Positions 48,432-60,047 of a stretch of DNA of 64,000 bases are shown piece by piece. Under the pieces are notes generated by a model, which searched no databases, had not been told where the DNA came from, and worked only from the letters and a program-made list of their open reading frames with translations. The position numbers and the translations under genes are program-made. Positions within the stretch are counted from its first letter, which is position 1; each line of letters starts with the position of its first letter. Source of the DNA: Alphaproteobacteria bacterium (lineage in GTDB: Bacteria; Pseudomonadota; Alphaproteobacteria; JANSWW01); the NCBI GenBank assembly GCA_024743275.1, contig JANSWW010000001.1:414300-478299 (forward strand). Direction: 5' to 3'.

Positions 48432-50363
48432 TTACCCCGCCAGCGTCAGAAGATACCAGGTGATGAAGATCACGACGCCGACCAGCATGACGAAGGCGTA
48501 ATGATAGAGATAACCGGACTGCAACCGGCTGACCCAGCCGGACAGGTCCTTGGTCAGGCCGGCGACCCCGTCCGGGCCGACCCCGTCGATCAGGTTGCCG
48601 TCGCCCGCCTTCCAGAAGCCGAAGCCGAGATAGAGCGAGGGCTTCACGAAAATCCGGTCATAGAGTTCGTCGAAGTACCATTTGTTGTAGAAGAAACGGT
48701 AGATCGGCCCGAACAGGCTGGACGAGATCGCCGGAATGATCGGGAAGAACATGTAGCAGACATAGGCGAATCCGATCCCGACCAGCCCGACCACGATCGG
48801 CAGCAGCTTGACCCAGAGCGGGACGTGATGGGCCGCCTCGATCGTGTCGTTCAGCACGAACAGCGACGCGCCCCAGAACGCCTCCCGCTCGTCGCCGACG
48901 AAATAGCCGTAGCCGAGATAGCCGGAGAACACCGCCCCCACCGCCAGCACATAGAGCGGAATGAGCATCACATTAGGGCTCTCATGGATATGGCTCATGA
49001 CCTCTGCGGAGGCCCGTGGCTTGCCGTGGAACGTCATGATGATCAGGCGCCAGCTATAGAAGGCGGTCAGGAAGGCCGCGATCACGCCCATCCAGAACGC
49101 GTACTGGCCGATGGTCGAATGGGCCGCATAGGCCGCTTCGATGACGATGTCCTTGGAGTACATCCCGGCGAAGAACGGAACCCCGGCCAGCGCCAGACTG
49201 CCGATCCACATCATCGCATAGGTGATCGGGATCTTCTTCCAGATGCCGCCCATCTTCCGCATGTCCTGTTCGTCGGACATGGCGTGGATCACCGCGCCGG
49301 CCCCCAGGAACAGCAGCGCCTTGAAGAAGGCATGGGTGAAGAGGTGGAACATCGCCGCGCCATAGGCCGACACCCCGGCGGCGAAGAACATGTAGCCGAG
49401 CTGGCTACAGGTCGAATAGGCGATCACCCGCTTGATGTCGAATTGGGTCAAGCCGACCGTGGCGGCGAAAATCGCCGTGGTCGCCCCCACGAAGGCGACG
49501 ATGTCGAGGGCCAGCGGGGCGTATTCGAACAGCGGCGACATCCGGCAGACCAGGAAGACGCCGGCCGTCACCATGGTGGCCGCATGGATGAGGGCCGAAA
49601 CCGGGGTCGGGCCCTCCATGGCGTCCGGCAGCCAGGTGTGCAGCATGAACTGGGCGGATTTTCCCATGGCCCCGATGAACAGCAGGATCGCCGCGATGGT
49701 CAGGGCGTCCGCCTCGATGCCGATGAAGCTGAACTGCTGGCCGACCATTTCCGGCGCCCGGGCGAAGATCTCGTCGAAGCTCACCGTCCCGAACAGGAAG
49801 AAGATCGCCATGATCCCGAGCGCGAAACCGACATCGCCGACCCGGTTGACGATGAACGCCTTCATGGCCGCCGCGTTGGCGCTGTCCTTGTGGTACCAGA
49901 AGCCGATCAGGAGATAGGAGGCGAGGCCCACGCCCTCCCAGCCGAAGAAAAGCTGCAGGAGGTTGTCCGCCGTCACCAGCATCAGCATGAAGAAGGTGAA
50001 CAGGCTGAGATAGGCCATGAAACGCGGCTTCGCGTCGTCATGGCTCATATAGCCGATGGAGTAGACATGGACCATGGTCGAGACGCCGTTGACCACGATC
50101 AGCATGACCGCCGTCAGCGTGTCGAAGCGCAAGGCCCAGTCGACCACGAAATCGCCGGAGATCACCCAGGTGAACAGCCGGATCGTGAAGGCGTCCCCGC
50201 CCAGCGCCACCTGGACGAAGACCATGATCGAGAGGATCAGCGCCCCGGCCATCCCGGCACAGGTGACGATCTGGCTCGCCCGGTCGCCGATGCTCCGGCC
50301 GAAGAAGCCGGCGATGAAGGCGCCGATGAGCGGCAGCAATACGATGAGTGCGTAGATCGACAT
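48432..50363 (-). CDS. nuoL: NADH-quinone oxidoreductase subunit L
   Basis: 643 aa with the long C-terminal amphipathic helix extension typical of NuoL. Confidence 0.9.
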   Translation of the reverse strand: MSIYALIVLLPLIGAFIAGFFGRSIGDRASQIVTCAGMAGALILSIMVFVQVALGGDAFTIRLFTWVISGDFVVDWALRFDTLTAVMLIVVNGVSTMVHVYSIGYMSHDDAKPRFMAYLSLFTFFMLMLVTADNLLQLFFGWEGVGLASYLLIGFWYHKDSANAAAMKAFIVNRVGDVGFALGIMAIFFLFGTVSFDEIFARAPEMVGQQFSFIGIEADALTIAAILLFIGAMGKSAQFMLHTWLPDAMEGPTPVSALIHAATMVTAGVFLVCRMSPLFEYAPLALDIVAFVGATTAIFAATVGLTQFDIKRVIAYSTCSQLGYMFFAAGVSAYGAAMFHLFTHAFFKALLFLGAGAVIHAMSDEQDMRKMGGIWKKIPITYAMMWIGSLALAGVPFFAGMYSKDIVIEAAYAAHSTIGQYAFWMGVIAAFLTAFYSWRLIIMTFHGKPRASAEVMSHIHESPNVMLIPLYVLAVGAVFSGYLGYGYFVGDEREAFWGASLFVLNDTIEAAHHVPLWVKLLPIVVGLVGIGFAYVCYMFFPIIPAISSSLFGPIYRFFYNKWYFDELYDRIFVKPSLYLGFGFWKAGDGNLIDGVGPDGVAGLTKDLSGWVSRLQSGYLYHYAFVMLVGVVIFITWYLLTLAG

Positions 50364-50370
50364 CTAAGGA

Positions 50371-50682
50371 TTACCCCTTCATCGCATTGACGTCTTCGAC
50401 GGCGATGGTTCCGCGGTTGCGGAAGAACACCACCAGGATGGCGAGGCCGATCGCGGCCTCCGCGGCGGCGACCGTCAGGATGAACATGGCGAAGACCTGG
50501 CCGACCAGATCGCCCAGATGGCTGGAGAAGGCGACGAGGTTGATGTTGACCGCCAGAAGCATGAGTTCGATCGACATCAGGATGACGATGATGTTCTTCC
50601 GATTGAGGAAGATCCCGAAGACGCCGAGCGTGAACAGGATCGCCGCGACGGTCAGATAATGGGCCAGTCCGATTTCAAGCAT
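50371..50682 (-). CDS. nuoK: NADH-quinone oxidoreductase subunit K
   Basis: 103-aa 3-TM protein ([10 protein letters not shown]...). Trimmed from a 312-aa read-through ORF. The start ATGA overlaps the nuoJ stop. Confidence 0.9.
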   Translation of the reverse strand: MLEIGLAHYLTVAAILFTLGVFGIFLNRKNIIVILMSIELMLLAVNINLVAFSSHLGDLVGQVFAMFILTVAAAEAAIGLAILVVFFRNRGTIAVEDVNAMKG

Positions 50683-51296
50683 CACATGCCCTCCCCGGTC
50701 GGCACCTTGACGACGGTGACCGCCTCGCTGCGCTGTTTGGCGTTCTGCTTGGAGATGCTCTGCCGCTTGACGCCCTCCCGGGTTCGCAGGGTCAGCACGA
50801 TGGCCCCGATCATGGCGACAAGCAGGATCAGGCCCGCCGCCTGGAAGAGATAGACGTAGTGGGTATATATCACCTGGCCGAGCGCTTCGGTGTTGGTGAC
50901 CTCGGTGACCGGCGGGATCGGCTGGCCGAGGGCGGCCTCGATCTCCGGCGTCAGCACCCAGGCCCCGCCGATGAGGGCGAGTTCCATGAGAAGAACGATC
51001 CCGACCAGCATCCCGATCGGCAGGTATTGCAGGAAGCCCTGGCGCAACTGCGCCACGTTCACATCCAGCATCATGACGACGAAGAGGAAGAGAACCGCCA
51101 CCGCGCCGACATAGACGATGACCAGGATCATCGCCAGGAACTCGGCGCCGAGCAGCACGAAGAGTCCCGCCGAATTGAAGAAGGCGAGGATCAGGAACAA
51201 GACGGAATGCACCGGGTTCCTGCTCGACACGACCATCACCGCCGACGCGACGGTAATGCCCGCGAACAGATAAAAGGCCAAAGCCTGGATAACCAT
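50682..51296 (-). CDS. nuoJ: NADH-quinone oxidoreductase subunit J
   Basis: 204-aa membrane subunit. Confidence 0.9.
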   Translation of the reverse strand: MVIQALAFYLFAGITVASAVMVVSSRNPVHSVLFLILAFFNSAGLFVLLGAEFLAMILVIVYVGAVAVLFLFVVMMLDVNVAQLRQGFLQYLPIGMLVGIVLLMELALIGGAWVLTPEIEAALGQPIPPVTEVTNTEALGQVIYTHYVYLFQAAGLILLVAMIGAIVLTLRTREGVKRQSISKQNAKQRSEAVTVVKVPTGEGM

Positions 51297-51388
51297 ACCC
51301 CCTCACCACATCTTCCGGGCGGCCGGGTGTCTGCCGCCCTTCTTCGGTACCCTCGGACGGGCGCTAGGCCCGCCGCGCCCCAACTTGC

Positions 51389-51877
51389 TCAGCGATAGGC
51401 GGCCTCGCGGGTCAGGTTGGCCTGAATCTCCGCTTCCCACCGGTCACCGTTCGCGAGCAATTTGTCCTTGTTGTAGAAAAGCTCCTCGCGGGTTTCCGCG
51501 GCGAACTCGAAATTCGGTCCCTCGACGATGGCGTCCACCGGGCAGGCCTCCTGGCACAGGCCGCAATAGATGCACTTCGTCATGTCGATGTCGTACCGCG
51601 TCGTCCGGCGGCTGCCGTCCTCGCGCGGTTCGGCCTCGATGGTGATCGCCTGGGCCGGGCAGATCGCCTCGCACAGTTTACAGGCGATGCAGCGCTCCTC
51701 GCCGTTCGGGTAGCGGCGCAGCGCGTGCTCGCCCCGGAACCGACTGGAGATCGGCCCTTTTTCATGTGGGTAGTTGATCGTGTATTTCGGCTTGAAGAAA
51801 TACTTCAGCGTCAGCGCCATGCCGGAGACCAACTCCCACAGAAGGAAACTACGCGCGGTACGATCGAGGAAGGCCAT
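51389..51877 (-). CDS. nuoI: NADH-quinone oxidoreductase subunit I (2x[4Fe-4S] ferredoxin)
   Basis: Two CxxCxxCxxxCP motifs ([12 protein letters not shown] and [12 protein letters not shown]). Confidence 0.95.
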   Translation of the reverse strand: MAFLDRTARSFLLWELVSGMALTLKYFFKPKYTINYPHEKGPISSRFRGEHALRRYPNGEERCIACKLCEAICPAQAITIEAEPREDGSRRTTRYDIDMTKCIYCGLCQEACPVDAIVEGPNFEFAAETREELFYNKDKLLANGDRWEAEIQANLTREAAYR

Positions 51878-51892
51878 CGGGTCATCCTTTCC

Positions 51893-52909
51893 TTATGCCG
51901 GAACCCAGTCGAAGGCGACCAGAACGCCGGCCGTCAAAACCACCCAGAGCAGCGAGAACGGCAGGAACACCTTCCAGCCGAGCCGCATCAACTGGTCATA
52001 GCGGTAACGCGGGAAAGTGGCCCGCACCCACAGGAACACGAAGAGCAGGAAGGCGACCTTGAGGCCGAACCAGATCGGTCCCGGAATCCAGTTGAACGGC
52101 GCGATGTCCACCGGCGGAAGCCAGCCCCCCAGGAACAGCACCGTGGCGATCCCGCTCATCAGGATCATGTTGGCGTATTCGCCGAGGAAGAAGAGCGCGA
52201 AGCTCATGGACGAGTATTCGACCATGAAGCCGGCCACCAATTCCGATTCGCCCTCCGGCAGATCGAAGGGCGCCCGGTTCGTCTCCGCCAACACGGAGAT
52301 GAAGAAGATCACGAACATCGGCAGCAGCGGCACCGCGAACCAAATGGTTTGTTGCGCCATGACGATGTCGGTGAGGTTAAGCGAACCGACGCAGAGCAGC
52401 ACCGTCACCATGACGAAGCCGATCGAGACCTCGTAGGAGACCATCTGGGCCGCCGAGCGGAGCGCGCCGAGGAAGGGGTATTTCGAGTTCGACGCCCAAC
52501 CGGCCATGATCACGCCATAGACGCCGAGAGAGGAGATCGCGAAGAGATAGAGGATGCCGACATTGATGTCGGAAATGACCCACCCCTCGTCGAACGGGAT
52601 AACCGCCCAGGCGATGATCGCCAGGATGAAGGTCAGCATCGGCGCCATCAGGAAGACGATCCGGTTGGAGCCCGCGGGCAGGATCGTTTCCTTGGTCAGA
52701 AGCTTGAGCGCGTCGGCGATGGGCTGCAGCAGGCCGAACGGCCCGACCGTCATCGGTCCCTGACGCAACTGGATCGCGCCGATCACCTTGCGTTCGGCAT
52801 AGGTCAGATAGGCGACCCCAAGCAGAATCGGGATCATCACCGCGACGATCTGGGCGACGATGATCGCCGTCGGGATCACATAACCTTCGAGGAATGCGCC
52901 CTCACCCAT
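51893..52909 (-). CDS. nuoH: NADH-quinone oxidoreductase subunit H
   Basis: 338-aa membrane subunit. Confidence 0.9.
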   Translation of the reverse strand: MGEGAFLEGYVIPTAIIVAQIVAVMIPILLGVAYLTYAERKVIGAIQLRQGPMTVGPFGLLQPIADALKLLTKETILPAGSNRIVFLMAPMLTFILAIIAWAVIPFDEGWVISDINVGILYLFAISSLGVYGVIMAGWASNSKYPFLGALRSAAQMVSYEVSIGFVMVTVLLCVGSLNLTDIVMAQQTIWFAVPLLPMFVIFFISVLAETNRAPFDLPEGESELVAGFMVEYSSMSFALFFLGEYANMILMSGIATVLFLGGWLPPVDIAPFNWIPGPIWFGLKVAFLLFVFLWVRATFPRYRYDQLMRLGWKVFLPFSLLWVVLTAGVLVAFDWVPA

Positions 52910-54962
52910 CGGTCCCCGTCCTTTCCGTCTGCGCCAGGAAAGCCTCCGTACAGGCCGCCATCGTCTGGGACGCGCGACTGATCGGATCCGTCATGTAGTA
53001 GTTGTCGATCGGCAGCGTGAAGGCCGCGTCGTCCATGGCCCCGTCGGTGCCGAAATCGCCCCAATCGCCGGCGGCGACATGGTCGAGCCGGGCGAGCGCG
53101 CCGTTCAGCTCGATCATCCGCTTCTGAAGCTGATCGATAGTGTCATAGGGCAGCTTCGCGCCGAGCGGTTCGGAGACCGCGCGCAGGATCTTCCAGTCCT
53201 CCCGCGCATCGCCGAGCGGCAGATGGGAATAGCGGGTCCGCTGGACCCGGCCCTCGGTCGAGACATAGGTCCCGTTCTTCTCCGTGTAGGCGGCCCCCGG
53301 CAGGATCACGTCCGCCGCGTGGGCGCCCTTGTCGCCATGGTGACCCTGATAGATCACGAAGGTGTTCTCGAAGGCCGCCGTGTCGAGTTCGTCGGCGCCC
53401 AAGAGCCAAACCGCCTCGAGTTCGCCCTTGCCGGCCGCCTCCAGCATCCCGGCCGTGTCGAGGCCACCCTCGCCCGGCAGGAAACCGATTTCGAGGCCGC
53501 CGACCCGGCTGGCCGCGCGATGCAGGACGTTGAAGCCGTTCCAGTCCTCGGTCACCAGACCGTAGCTGTCGGCGATCTTCTTGGCCGCGCCCAGAACCCG
53601 GGCGCCGTCCGTCCGGGCCAACGCGCCGGAGCCGACGATGATCATCGGCTTCTCGGCCGCCTTCAGCACCTCGGCGAAGGGGTGCTTACCGTCGACGACC
53701 TCCTGCAGGGTCTGCGGCCCGGCCCCGATCCAGTCGACGTCATAGGTGAGGTCCAGCCGCGGGCCGATCCCGGCGACTTCGATATCCGTCGCGAGCCACG
53801 TCTTGCGGATCCGCGCGTTGACCAGCGGCGCTTCCCATCGCGGGTTGGTGCCGACCAGCAGGATGGCGTCCGCCTCCTCGATCCCGGCGATGGAGGTGTT
53901 GAAGAGATGGCCCGCCCGCGCGCCACCGCCGACCTTGGCGCCGTCCTGGCGGCAGTCGATGTTCGGGCTGCCGAGGCCGGTCATCAGGTCCTTGAGCGCC
54001 AGCATCGACTCGACGTCTGCGAGATCGCCGGCGATGGCGCCGATCTTCTTGCCGTCCATGCCGGAAAGCTTGTCGCGGATCGCCGTGAAGGTCTCCGCCC
54101 AACTCGCCGCCTTGAGCTTGCCGTCGACCCGCACGAAGGGCCGGTCGAGCCGCTGCCGCTTGAGGCCGTCGCAGGCATAGCGGGTCTTGTCCGCGATCCA
54201 CTCCTCGTTCACGTCCTCATGGATCCGCGGCAGCACGCGCAGCACTTCGGAGCCCCGGCTGTCGACCCGGATGTTGGAGCCGACCGCGTCCATCACGTCG
54301 ACGCTCTCGGTCTTTGTCAGTTCCCAGGGACGGGATTTGAAGGCATAGGGCTTGGAGGTGAGCGCCCCGACCGGACACAGATCGATGACGTTGCCGGACA
54401 ACTCGGAGGCCAGCGCCTTTTCCAGATAGGTCGTGATCTCGGCGTTCTCGCCCCGGTTCAGCATCCCCATCTCGTCGACGCCGGCGATCTCGGTCGAAAA
54501 CCGGACGCAGCGCGTGCAGTGGATGCAGCGGGTCATGATCGTCTTGATCAGCGGGCCCATATGCTTGTCGGACACCGCCCGCTTGTTCTCGATGAACCGG
54601 CCGCGGTCGAAACCGTAGGCCATGGACTGGTCCTGCAGGTCGCATTCGCCGCCCTGATCGCAGATCGGGCAGTCCAGCGGATGGTTCGCCAACAGGAACT
54701 CCATCACGCCGTTGCGGGCCTTTTTCACCAGGTCGGTGTCGGTCTTGATGACCATGCCGTCGCCGGCCGGGAAGGCACAGCTCGCCACCGGTTTCGGCGC
54801 TTTCTCCATCTCGACCAGGCACATCCGGCAATTGCCGGCGATCGACAGGCGGTCGTGATAACAGAAACGCGGAATCTCGACCCCGGCCTCCTCGCAGGCC
54901 TGCAGGACGGTCGCCCCCTGGGGGACCTCAACCTCGATCCCGTCGACGGTCAGTTTTGGCAT
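52902..54962 (-). CDS. nuoG: NADH-quinone oxidoreductase subunit G
   Basis: 686 aa. N-terminal 2Fe-2S and 4Fe-4S Cys motifs ([15 protein letters not shown]) plus a molybdopterin-like domain. Confidence 0.95.
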   Translation of the reverse strand: MPKLTVDGIEVEVPQGATVLQACEEAGVEIPRFCYHDRLSIAGNCRMCLVEMEKAPKPVASCAFPAGDGMVIKTDTDLVKKARNGVMEFLLANHPLDCPICDQGGECDLQDQSMAYGFDRGRFIENKRAVSDKHMGPLIKTIMTRCIHCTRCVRFSTEIAGVDEMGMLNRGENAEITTYLEKALASELSGNVIDLCPVGALTSKPYAFKSRPWELTKTESVDVMDAVGSNIRVDSRGSEVLRVLPRIHEDVNEEWIADKTRYACDGLKRQRLDRPFVRVDGKLKAASWAETFTAIRDKLSGMDGKKIGAIAGDLADVESMLALKDLMTGLGSPNIDCRQDGAKVGGGARAGHLFNTSIAGIEEADAILLVGTNPRWEAPLVNARIRKTWLATDIEVAGIGPRLDLTYDVDWIGAGPQTLQEVVDGKHPFAEVLKAAEKPMIIVGSGALARTDGARVLGAAKKIADSYGLVTEDWNGFNVLHRAASRVGGLEIGFLPGEGGLDTAGMLEAAGKGELEAVWLLGADELDTAAFENTFVIYQGHHGDKGAHAADVILPGAAYTEKNGTYVSTEGRVQRTRYSHLPLGDAREDWKILRAVSEPLGAKLPYDTIDQLQKRMIELNGALARLDHVAAGDWGDFGTDGAMDDAAFTLPIDNYYMTDPISRASQTMAACTEAFLAQTERTGTDG

Positions 54963-54996
54963 TGTTCAGCCTTTCCCCTTCACCCGAACCCGGTTC

Positions 54997-56283
54997 TCAG
55001 TCCGCCGCCGCGGCCATCTCGTGATAACGCTTGATCCGGGCCTCCATCTCCGGCCGGAAATGCCGGATCAGCCCCTGGATCGGCCACGCCGCGGCATCGC
55101 CCAAGGCACAAATGGTATGGCCCTCGATCTGCTTGGTGACGTCGAACAGGGTATCGATCTCGTCCGGCTCGGCCTTGCCGGCCACCATGCGCTCCATCAC
55201 CCGCCACATCCAGCCGGTGCCCTCGCGGCAGGGCGTGCACTGGCCGCAGCTCTCATGCTTGTAGAAATGCGCCAGATTGGCGATCGCCTTCACGATGTCG
55301 GTCGACTTGTCCATGACGATGACCGCCGCGGTGCCGAGACCCGACTGGACCTCGCGCAGGCTGTCGAAATCCATCAGGACATTGTCGCAGATGTCCTTGG
55401 GCAGGCAGGGCACGGACGACCCGCCGGGGATCACCGCCAGCAGATTGTCCCAGCCGCCGCGCACGCCGCCGGCATATTTCTCGATCAACTCCTTGAGCGG
55501 GATGCCCAATTCCTCTTCCACATTGCACGGCTTGTTCACATGGCCGGAGATGCAGAAGATCTTGGTCCCGGAGTTCTTCGGGCGGCCCAGCGCCTCGAAC
55601 CATTCCGGACCGCGCCGCAGGATTTCCGGCGCGACGGCGATGGTTTCCACATTGTTGACCGTGGACGGACAGCCATAGAGTCCGACGCCCGCCGGGAAGG
55701 GCGGCTTCAGGCGCGGCTGACCCTTCTTACCTTCGAGGCTTTCCAACAGCGCGGTTTCCTCGCCGCAGATATACGCCCCCGCCCCGCGATGCAGGACGAT
55801 GTCGAAACGGATGCCCGCCCCGCAGGCGTTGTCGCCGAGAAGACCGGCGTCATAGGCCTCGTCGATGGCGGCCTGAATGTTGTGGGCCTCGTTGACGAAC
55901 TCGCCGCGGATATAGATGAAGGCGGTCTCCGCCCCCATGGCGAAGCCTGCGACCACGCACCCTTCCAGCAGGCGGTGCGGATCGTAGCGCAGGATGTCCC
56001 GGTCCTTACAGGTGCCCGGCTCGGACTCGTCGGCGTTGACCACGAGATAATGCGGCCGCTCGCCCACTTCCTTGGGCATGAAGGACCATTTGAGGCCGGT
56101 CGGGAAACCGGCGCCGCCACGGCCGCGCAGGCCTGAGGCTTTCATCTTTTCGATGATCTCCGCCTTGCCCAGTTCGATCAGCGCCTTGGTGTTGTCCCAA
56201 ATCCCGCGCTTCTTCGCCCCGGCGAGGCGCCAATCGTGGACACCATAGAGATTGGTGAAGATCCGATCCTTGTCCTGCAGCAT
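54997..56283 (-). CDS. nuoF: NADH-quinone oxidoreductase subunit F
   Basis: NADH/FMN-binding glycine-rich motifs ([10 protein letters not shown]) and a C-terminal 4Fe-4S motif ([12 protein letters not shown]). Confidence 0.95.
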   Translation of the reverse strand: MLQDKDRIFTNLYGVHDWRLAGAKKRGIWDNTKALIELGKAEIIEKMKASGLRGRGGAGFPTGLKWSFMPKEVGERPHYLVVNADESEPGTCKDRDILRYDPHRLLEGCVVAGFAMGAETAFIYIRGEFVNEAHNIQAAIDEAYDAGLLGDNACGAGIRFDIVLHRGAGAYICGEETALLESLEGKKGQPRLKPPFPAGVGLYGCPSTVNNVETIAVAPEILRRGPEWFEALGRPKNSGTKIFCISGHVNKPCNVEEELGIPLKELIEKYAGGVRGGWDNLLAVIPGGSSVPCLPKDICDNVLMDFDSLREVQSGLGTAAVIVMDKSTDIVKAIANLAHFYKHESCGQCTPCREGTGWMWRVMERMVAGKAEPDEIDTLFDVTKQIEGHTICALGDAAAWPIQGLIRHFRPEMEARIKRYHEMAAAAD

Positions 56284-56897
56284 CAGTCGTCCCCTCCCTC
56301 GACCAGGGTTTGCGGACCGCCCTCCGGCGCGGAGCCCTGACGGCCGATGACGGAACCGTGTTCCGGCGCCTCGTCCTTGGCGAGCTTGTCCAGCAGCGCT
56401 TCGGTGCTCGGGCCATCGAGGTCTTCATAGAAGTCGTCGTTGACCTGAATGACCGGCGCGTTCACGCAGGCCCCCAGGCATTCCACCTGCATCATCGAGA
56501 ATTTGCCGTCCGGAGTCGTCTCGCCGAAATCGATGCCGAGCTTCTTCTTGCAGGCCTCGTGCATCGCGTCGGCGCCACGCAGCCAGCACGGTGTCGTCAT
56601 GCAGAGTTGCAGGTGGTATTTCCCGACCGGCGCCAGATTGTACATCGTATAGAAGGTCGCGACCTCCAGCACCCGCATCTTGGCCATGCCGAGGAACTTG
56701 GCGATGTATTCGATCGCCGCCATCGGCAGCCAGTTGTCATGCTGGCGCTGGGCCAGGTCGAGCAGCGGCATCACCGCGCTCTGCTGGCGGCCTTCCGGGT
56801 ATTTCGCCACGATCTTGTTCGCCGTTTCGAGGTTTTCGGGCGTGAACTCGAAGCTCTCGACATGGGGGACGGCGACTTCCCGGGCGGGACCACTCAT
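56283..56897 (-). CDS. nuoE: NADH-quinone oxidoreductase subunit E
   Basis: Thioredoxin-like 2Fe-2S subunit with the C-terminal Ala/Glu/Gly-rich tail common in alphaproteobacteria. Confidence 0.9.
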   Translation of the reverse strand: MSGPAREVAVPHVESFEFTPENLETANKIVAKYPEGRQQSAVMPLLDLAQRQHDNWLPMAAIEYIAKFLGMAKMRVLEVATFYTMYNLAPVGKYHLQLCMTTPCWLRGADAMHEACKKKLGIDFGETTPDGKFSMMQVECLGACVNAPVIQVNDDFYEDLDGPSTEALLDKLAKDEAPEHGSVIGRQGSAPEGGPQTLVEGGDD

Positions 56898-58072
56898 CGG
56901 TCGATCTCCCCGAACACAACGTCAAGCGACCCGAGGATCGCCACCGAATCGGCCAGGAGATGGCCGCGGCACATGAAATCCATCGCCTGCATGAACAGGA
57001 AACCGGGCGCCCGGATCTTGCAGCGATAGGGCTTGTTGGTCCCGTCGGAGACCAGGTAGACGGCGAATTCGCCCTTCGGCGCCTCGACCGCCGTATAGGT
57101 CTCGCCCGCCGGCACGTGATAGCCCTCGGTATAGAGCTTGAAGTGGTGAATCAGGGCTTCCATGGAGCGCTTCATCTCGGCGCGCGGCGGCGCGGAAACC
57201 TTCCGGTCCTCGGTCTTGAACGGCCCGTCAGGCATCCGCTCGATCGCCTGCTTGATGATCTTCAGGCTCTGCCGCATCTCCTCGACCCGGACGAGATAGC
57301 GGGCATAGCAGTCGCCGTCCTTGGAGATCGGGATATCGAAATCGAACTCCTCATAGCTGTCATAGGGCTGCGATTTACGCAGATCCCAAGGCAGTCCGGA
57401 GGCGCGCATCACCGGGCCGGTGAGGCCCCAGTTCTGACAGTCCTCGATGGAGATGACCCCGATATCGACCGTGCGCTGCTTGAAGATCCGGTTTTCGGTC
57501 AGCAGCCCTTCGATATCGTCGATGATGGTCGGGAAATGCTCGGTCCAGGCGATGATGTCGTCCATCAGGCCCGCCGGCAGATCATAGGTCACCCCGCCCG
57601 GCCGGAAATAGGCGGCATGGAGCCGGGCGCCGGAGGCCCGCTCGTAGAACTCCATGATCTTCTCACGCTCTTCGAAGCCCCAGAGCAGCGGTGTCATGGC
57701 GCCGACATCGATGGCGAAGGTCGTAAGGTTCAGGAGGTGGTTCGCGATCCGGGTCAGCTCGCTGTAGAGCACGCGGATATACTGGGCGCGCTTCGGCACC
57801 TCGATATCCAGGAGCTTTTCGACGCCGAGCGCGAAGCCGTGCTCCTGATTCATCGGCGAGACATAGTCCAGCCGGTCGAAATAGGGCACCGCCTGAAGAT
57901 AGGTCTTGTATTCAATGAGCTTTTCCGTGCCCCGGTGCAAGAGACCGATATGCGGATCGGCCCGCTCGATCACCTCGCCCTCCATCTCCAGAACGAGACG
58001 GAGCACACCGTGCGCGGCCGGATGCTGCGGCCCGAAATTGAGGGTCAGCGGCTTGATATGGTTCTCAGCCAT
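56894..58072 (-). CDS. nuoD: NADH-quinone oxidoreductase subunit D
   Basis: 392 aa, 49-kDa subunit motifs. Confidence 0.95.
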   Translation of the reverse strand: MAENHIKPLTLNFGPQHPAAHGVLRLVLEMEGEVIERADPHIGLLHRGTEKLIEYKTYLQAVPYFDRLDYVSPMNQEHGFALGVEKLLDIEVPKRAQYIRVLYSELTRIANHLLNLTTFAIDVGAMTPLLWGFEEREKIMEFYERASGARLHAAYFRPGGVTYDLPAGLMDDIIAWTEHFPTIIDDIEGLLTENRIFKQRTVDIGVISIEDCQNWGLTGPVMRASGLPWDLRKSQPYDSYEEFDFDIPISKDGDCYARYLVRVEEMRQSLKIIKQAIERMPDGPFKTEDRKVSAPPRAEMKRSMEALIHHFKLYTEGYHVPAGETYTAVEAPKGEFAVYLVSDGTNKPYRCKIRAPGFLFMQAMDFMCRGHLLADSVAILGSLDVVFGEIDR

Positions 58073-58691
58073 TCTGAGCGCCCTCCTCCGGCGTCTCGGC
58101 CTTCTCGTCGCCCGGCAGATGCTTGGTCATGCCTTCCCAGGGCGACAGGAAATCGAAGCTACGGAAATCCTGGGTCAGCTTGACCGGCTCGTAGATCACC
58201 CGCTTCTGATCCTCGTCATAGCGGACCTCGACATAACCGGTCAGCGGGAAGTCCTTGCGCAGCGGATGCCCCTCGAAACCGTAGTCGGTGAGGATCCGGC
58301 GCAGATCCGGGTGGCCGGAGAACATGATCCCGAACATGTCCCAGACCTCGCGCTCCAGCCAATTCGCCGCCGAGAAGACCGGCACGACGGAGGGAACCGG
58401 GTTTTCCTCGTCGGTCGTCAGCTTCACCCGGATCCGGGTGTTGTTCTTGGTCGACATCAGATTGTAGACGACCTCGAAGCGCTCCTCGGCCTCCGGATAG
58501 TCCACCGCCGTGACGTCGACGAGCATCTTGAACAAGCAGGACGCGTCGTCGCGCAGAAAGGTCAACAACCGGACGATCGACTGCGGCCGGGTCCAGATCA
58601 TCAACTCGCCCAGACGGGTTTCCGTCCGCACCACATCATCGGCGCGCTGCTGGGTCAGAATGTCTTCGACGTCTTTCAAATGCTGGCTCAT
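58065..58691 (-). CDS. nuoC: NADH-quinone oxidoreductase subunit C
   Basis: 208-aa 30-kDa subunit. Confidence 0.9.
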   Translation of the reverse strand: MSQHLKDVEDILTQQRADDVVRTETRLGELMIWTRPQSIVRLLTFLRDDASCLFKMLVDVTAVDYPEAEERFEVVYNLMSTKNNTRIRVKLTTDEENPVPSVVPVFSAANWLEREVWDMFGIMFSGHPDLRRILTDYGFEGHPLRKDFPLTGYVEVRYDEDQKRVIYEPVKLTQDFRSFDFLSPWEGMTKHLPGDEKAETPEEGAQNG

Positions 58692-58739
58692 GGCGTCTCC
58701 AGCCGGAAGGGATGCGTCAATCGGAAGCCGGACCGCGCC

Positions 58740-59288
58740 TTAGCGGGCGATGGTCGACGTCCGCTGGATTTTCTTTTGCAGTTGCAGAATGCCGTAGAGC
58801 AGCGCTTCCGCCGTCGGGGGGCAGCCCGGCACATAGATATCGACCGGCACGATGCGGTCGCAGCCGCGCACCACGGAGTAGCTATAGTGATAGTAGCCGC
58901 CGCCATTGGCGCAGCTTCCCATGGAGATCACGTAGCGCGGCTCCGCCATCTGGTCGTAAACCTTGCGCAGGGCGGGCGCCATCTTGTTGGTCAGTGTCCC
59001 GGCGACGATCATCACGTCCGACTGACGCGGGCTCGGCCGGAAAATGATGCCATAGCGGTCGAGGTCGTACCGGCTCGCCGCCGTATGCATCATCTCGACG
59101 GCGCAACAGGCGAGCCCGAAGGTCATCGGCCACAGCGATCCGCTGCGCGCCCAGCCAACCAGCTTGTCGAGATTGGCGACGATGAAGCCCTTGTCCTGAA
59201 GCTCGCCGGTGACCCGGCCCAGCAGTTCGTCCTGCTCGGCACCGGGCGCCAGGGGCACACCGCCCTCGCGGGTCAGGCTCACTCCCAT
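58740..59288 (-). CDS. nuoB: NADH-quinone oxidoreductase subunit B
   Basis: N2 cluster ligands ([10 protein letters not shown] ... [10 protein letters not shown] ... PGCPP). Start trimmed to ATG 59288. Confidence 0.9.
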   Translation of the reverse strand: MGVSLTREGGVPLAPGAEQDELLGRVTGELQDKGFIVANLDKLVGWARSGSLWPMTFGLACCAVEMMHTAASRYDLDRYGIIFRPSPRQSDVMIVAGTLTNKMAPALRKVYDQMAEPRYVISMGSCANGGGYYHYSYSVVRGCDRIVPVDIYVPGCPPTAEALLYGILQLQKKIQRTSTIAR

Positions 59289-59644
59289 TCCAGAGCTCCT
59301 TTCTTCCACTCATAGATAAAGCCGACGGTCAGGATCCCGAGGAACACGACCATCGACCAGAATCCGAACACCCCGATATCGCCGAGGGAGATCGCCCAGG
59401 GGAACAGGAAGGCGACTTCCAGATCGAAGATGATGAACAGGATCGCCACCAGGTAGAAACGGACGTCGAACTTGGAGCGGGCGTCGTCGAACGCCTCGAA
59501 CCCGCATTCGTAGGCGGACAATTTTTCGGAGTCCGGCCTGCTCGGGCCCAAAACAAACGAGGCGGCGAGCATCAGCGTCGCCATGACGATGGCGATCCCC
59601 AGGAAGATGAGGATCGGCAGATATTCCAACAGTAGCGCGTCCAT
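59279..59644 (-). CDS. nuoA: NADH-quinone oxidoreductase subunit A
   Basis: 121-aa 3-TM subunit, first gene of the operon. Confidence 0.9.
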   Translation of the reverse strand: MDALLLEYLPILIFLGIAIVMATLMLAASFVLGPSRPDSEKLSAYECGFEAFDDARSKFDVRFYLVAILFIIFDLEVAFLFPWAISLGDIGVFGFWSMVVFLGILTVGFIYEWKKGALEWE

Positions 59645-59950
59645 TCCCGTATCCCCCGATTCGGGTCCGATCCCTGTGGATCGGATGTGCCCGCTTTATA
59701 AGCGTGCTGCGGTGCCGAAGAAAAGGGATTTCGTACCCTTACACCTCCGGAGACACCGCTTATAGCCATGGATTAGAAAAAACGAAAGCGCTGCCGGACC
59801 TCTGGCGGCATCAGGACGCAGAAACGGCAACAAAAAGAGGCGGAAGCCCCCCTTGCGGGCAATAATTGGGTTTTTTCGTTTTCCGGGAATAATCGTGAAA
59901 CCTGGCGCGATTCATCGCCTCCTGCTGGGGGTAGCGCGGATACGGTGCTC

Positions 59951-60022
59951 CGCGCACCCTGCGCACACCCTGCGCACACCCTGCGCACACCCTGCGCACA
60001 CCCTGCGCACACCCTGCGCACA
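59951..60022. repeat. 11-bp direct tandem repeat array (GCGCACACCCT x about 6) between the methyltransferase 3' end and the nuoA upstream region
   Basis: A partial variant unit at 59951-59960 is followed by five perfect 11-bp units starting at 59961. The last ends around 60015, and a variant GCGCACAATGG follows. Confidence 0.9.
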
Positions 60023-60047
60023 ATGGATGCTGGCCTGTCCCTTCTGT

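Noticed and set aside
46953-56136. Numerous plus-strand ORFs (e.g. 48180-50390, 53079-55034, 55021-56136, 56960-59315) across the nuo operon
   Set aside because: All are antisense to nuo genes that show canonical Fe-S and quinone-binding motifs. These are typical high-GC stop-codon-poor frames.
59951-60022. Possible CRISPR array
   Set aside because: The units are 11 bp, perfectly contiguous with no spacers. There are no cas genes. This is a simple tandem repeat, not CRISPR.
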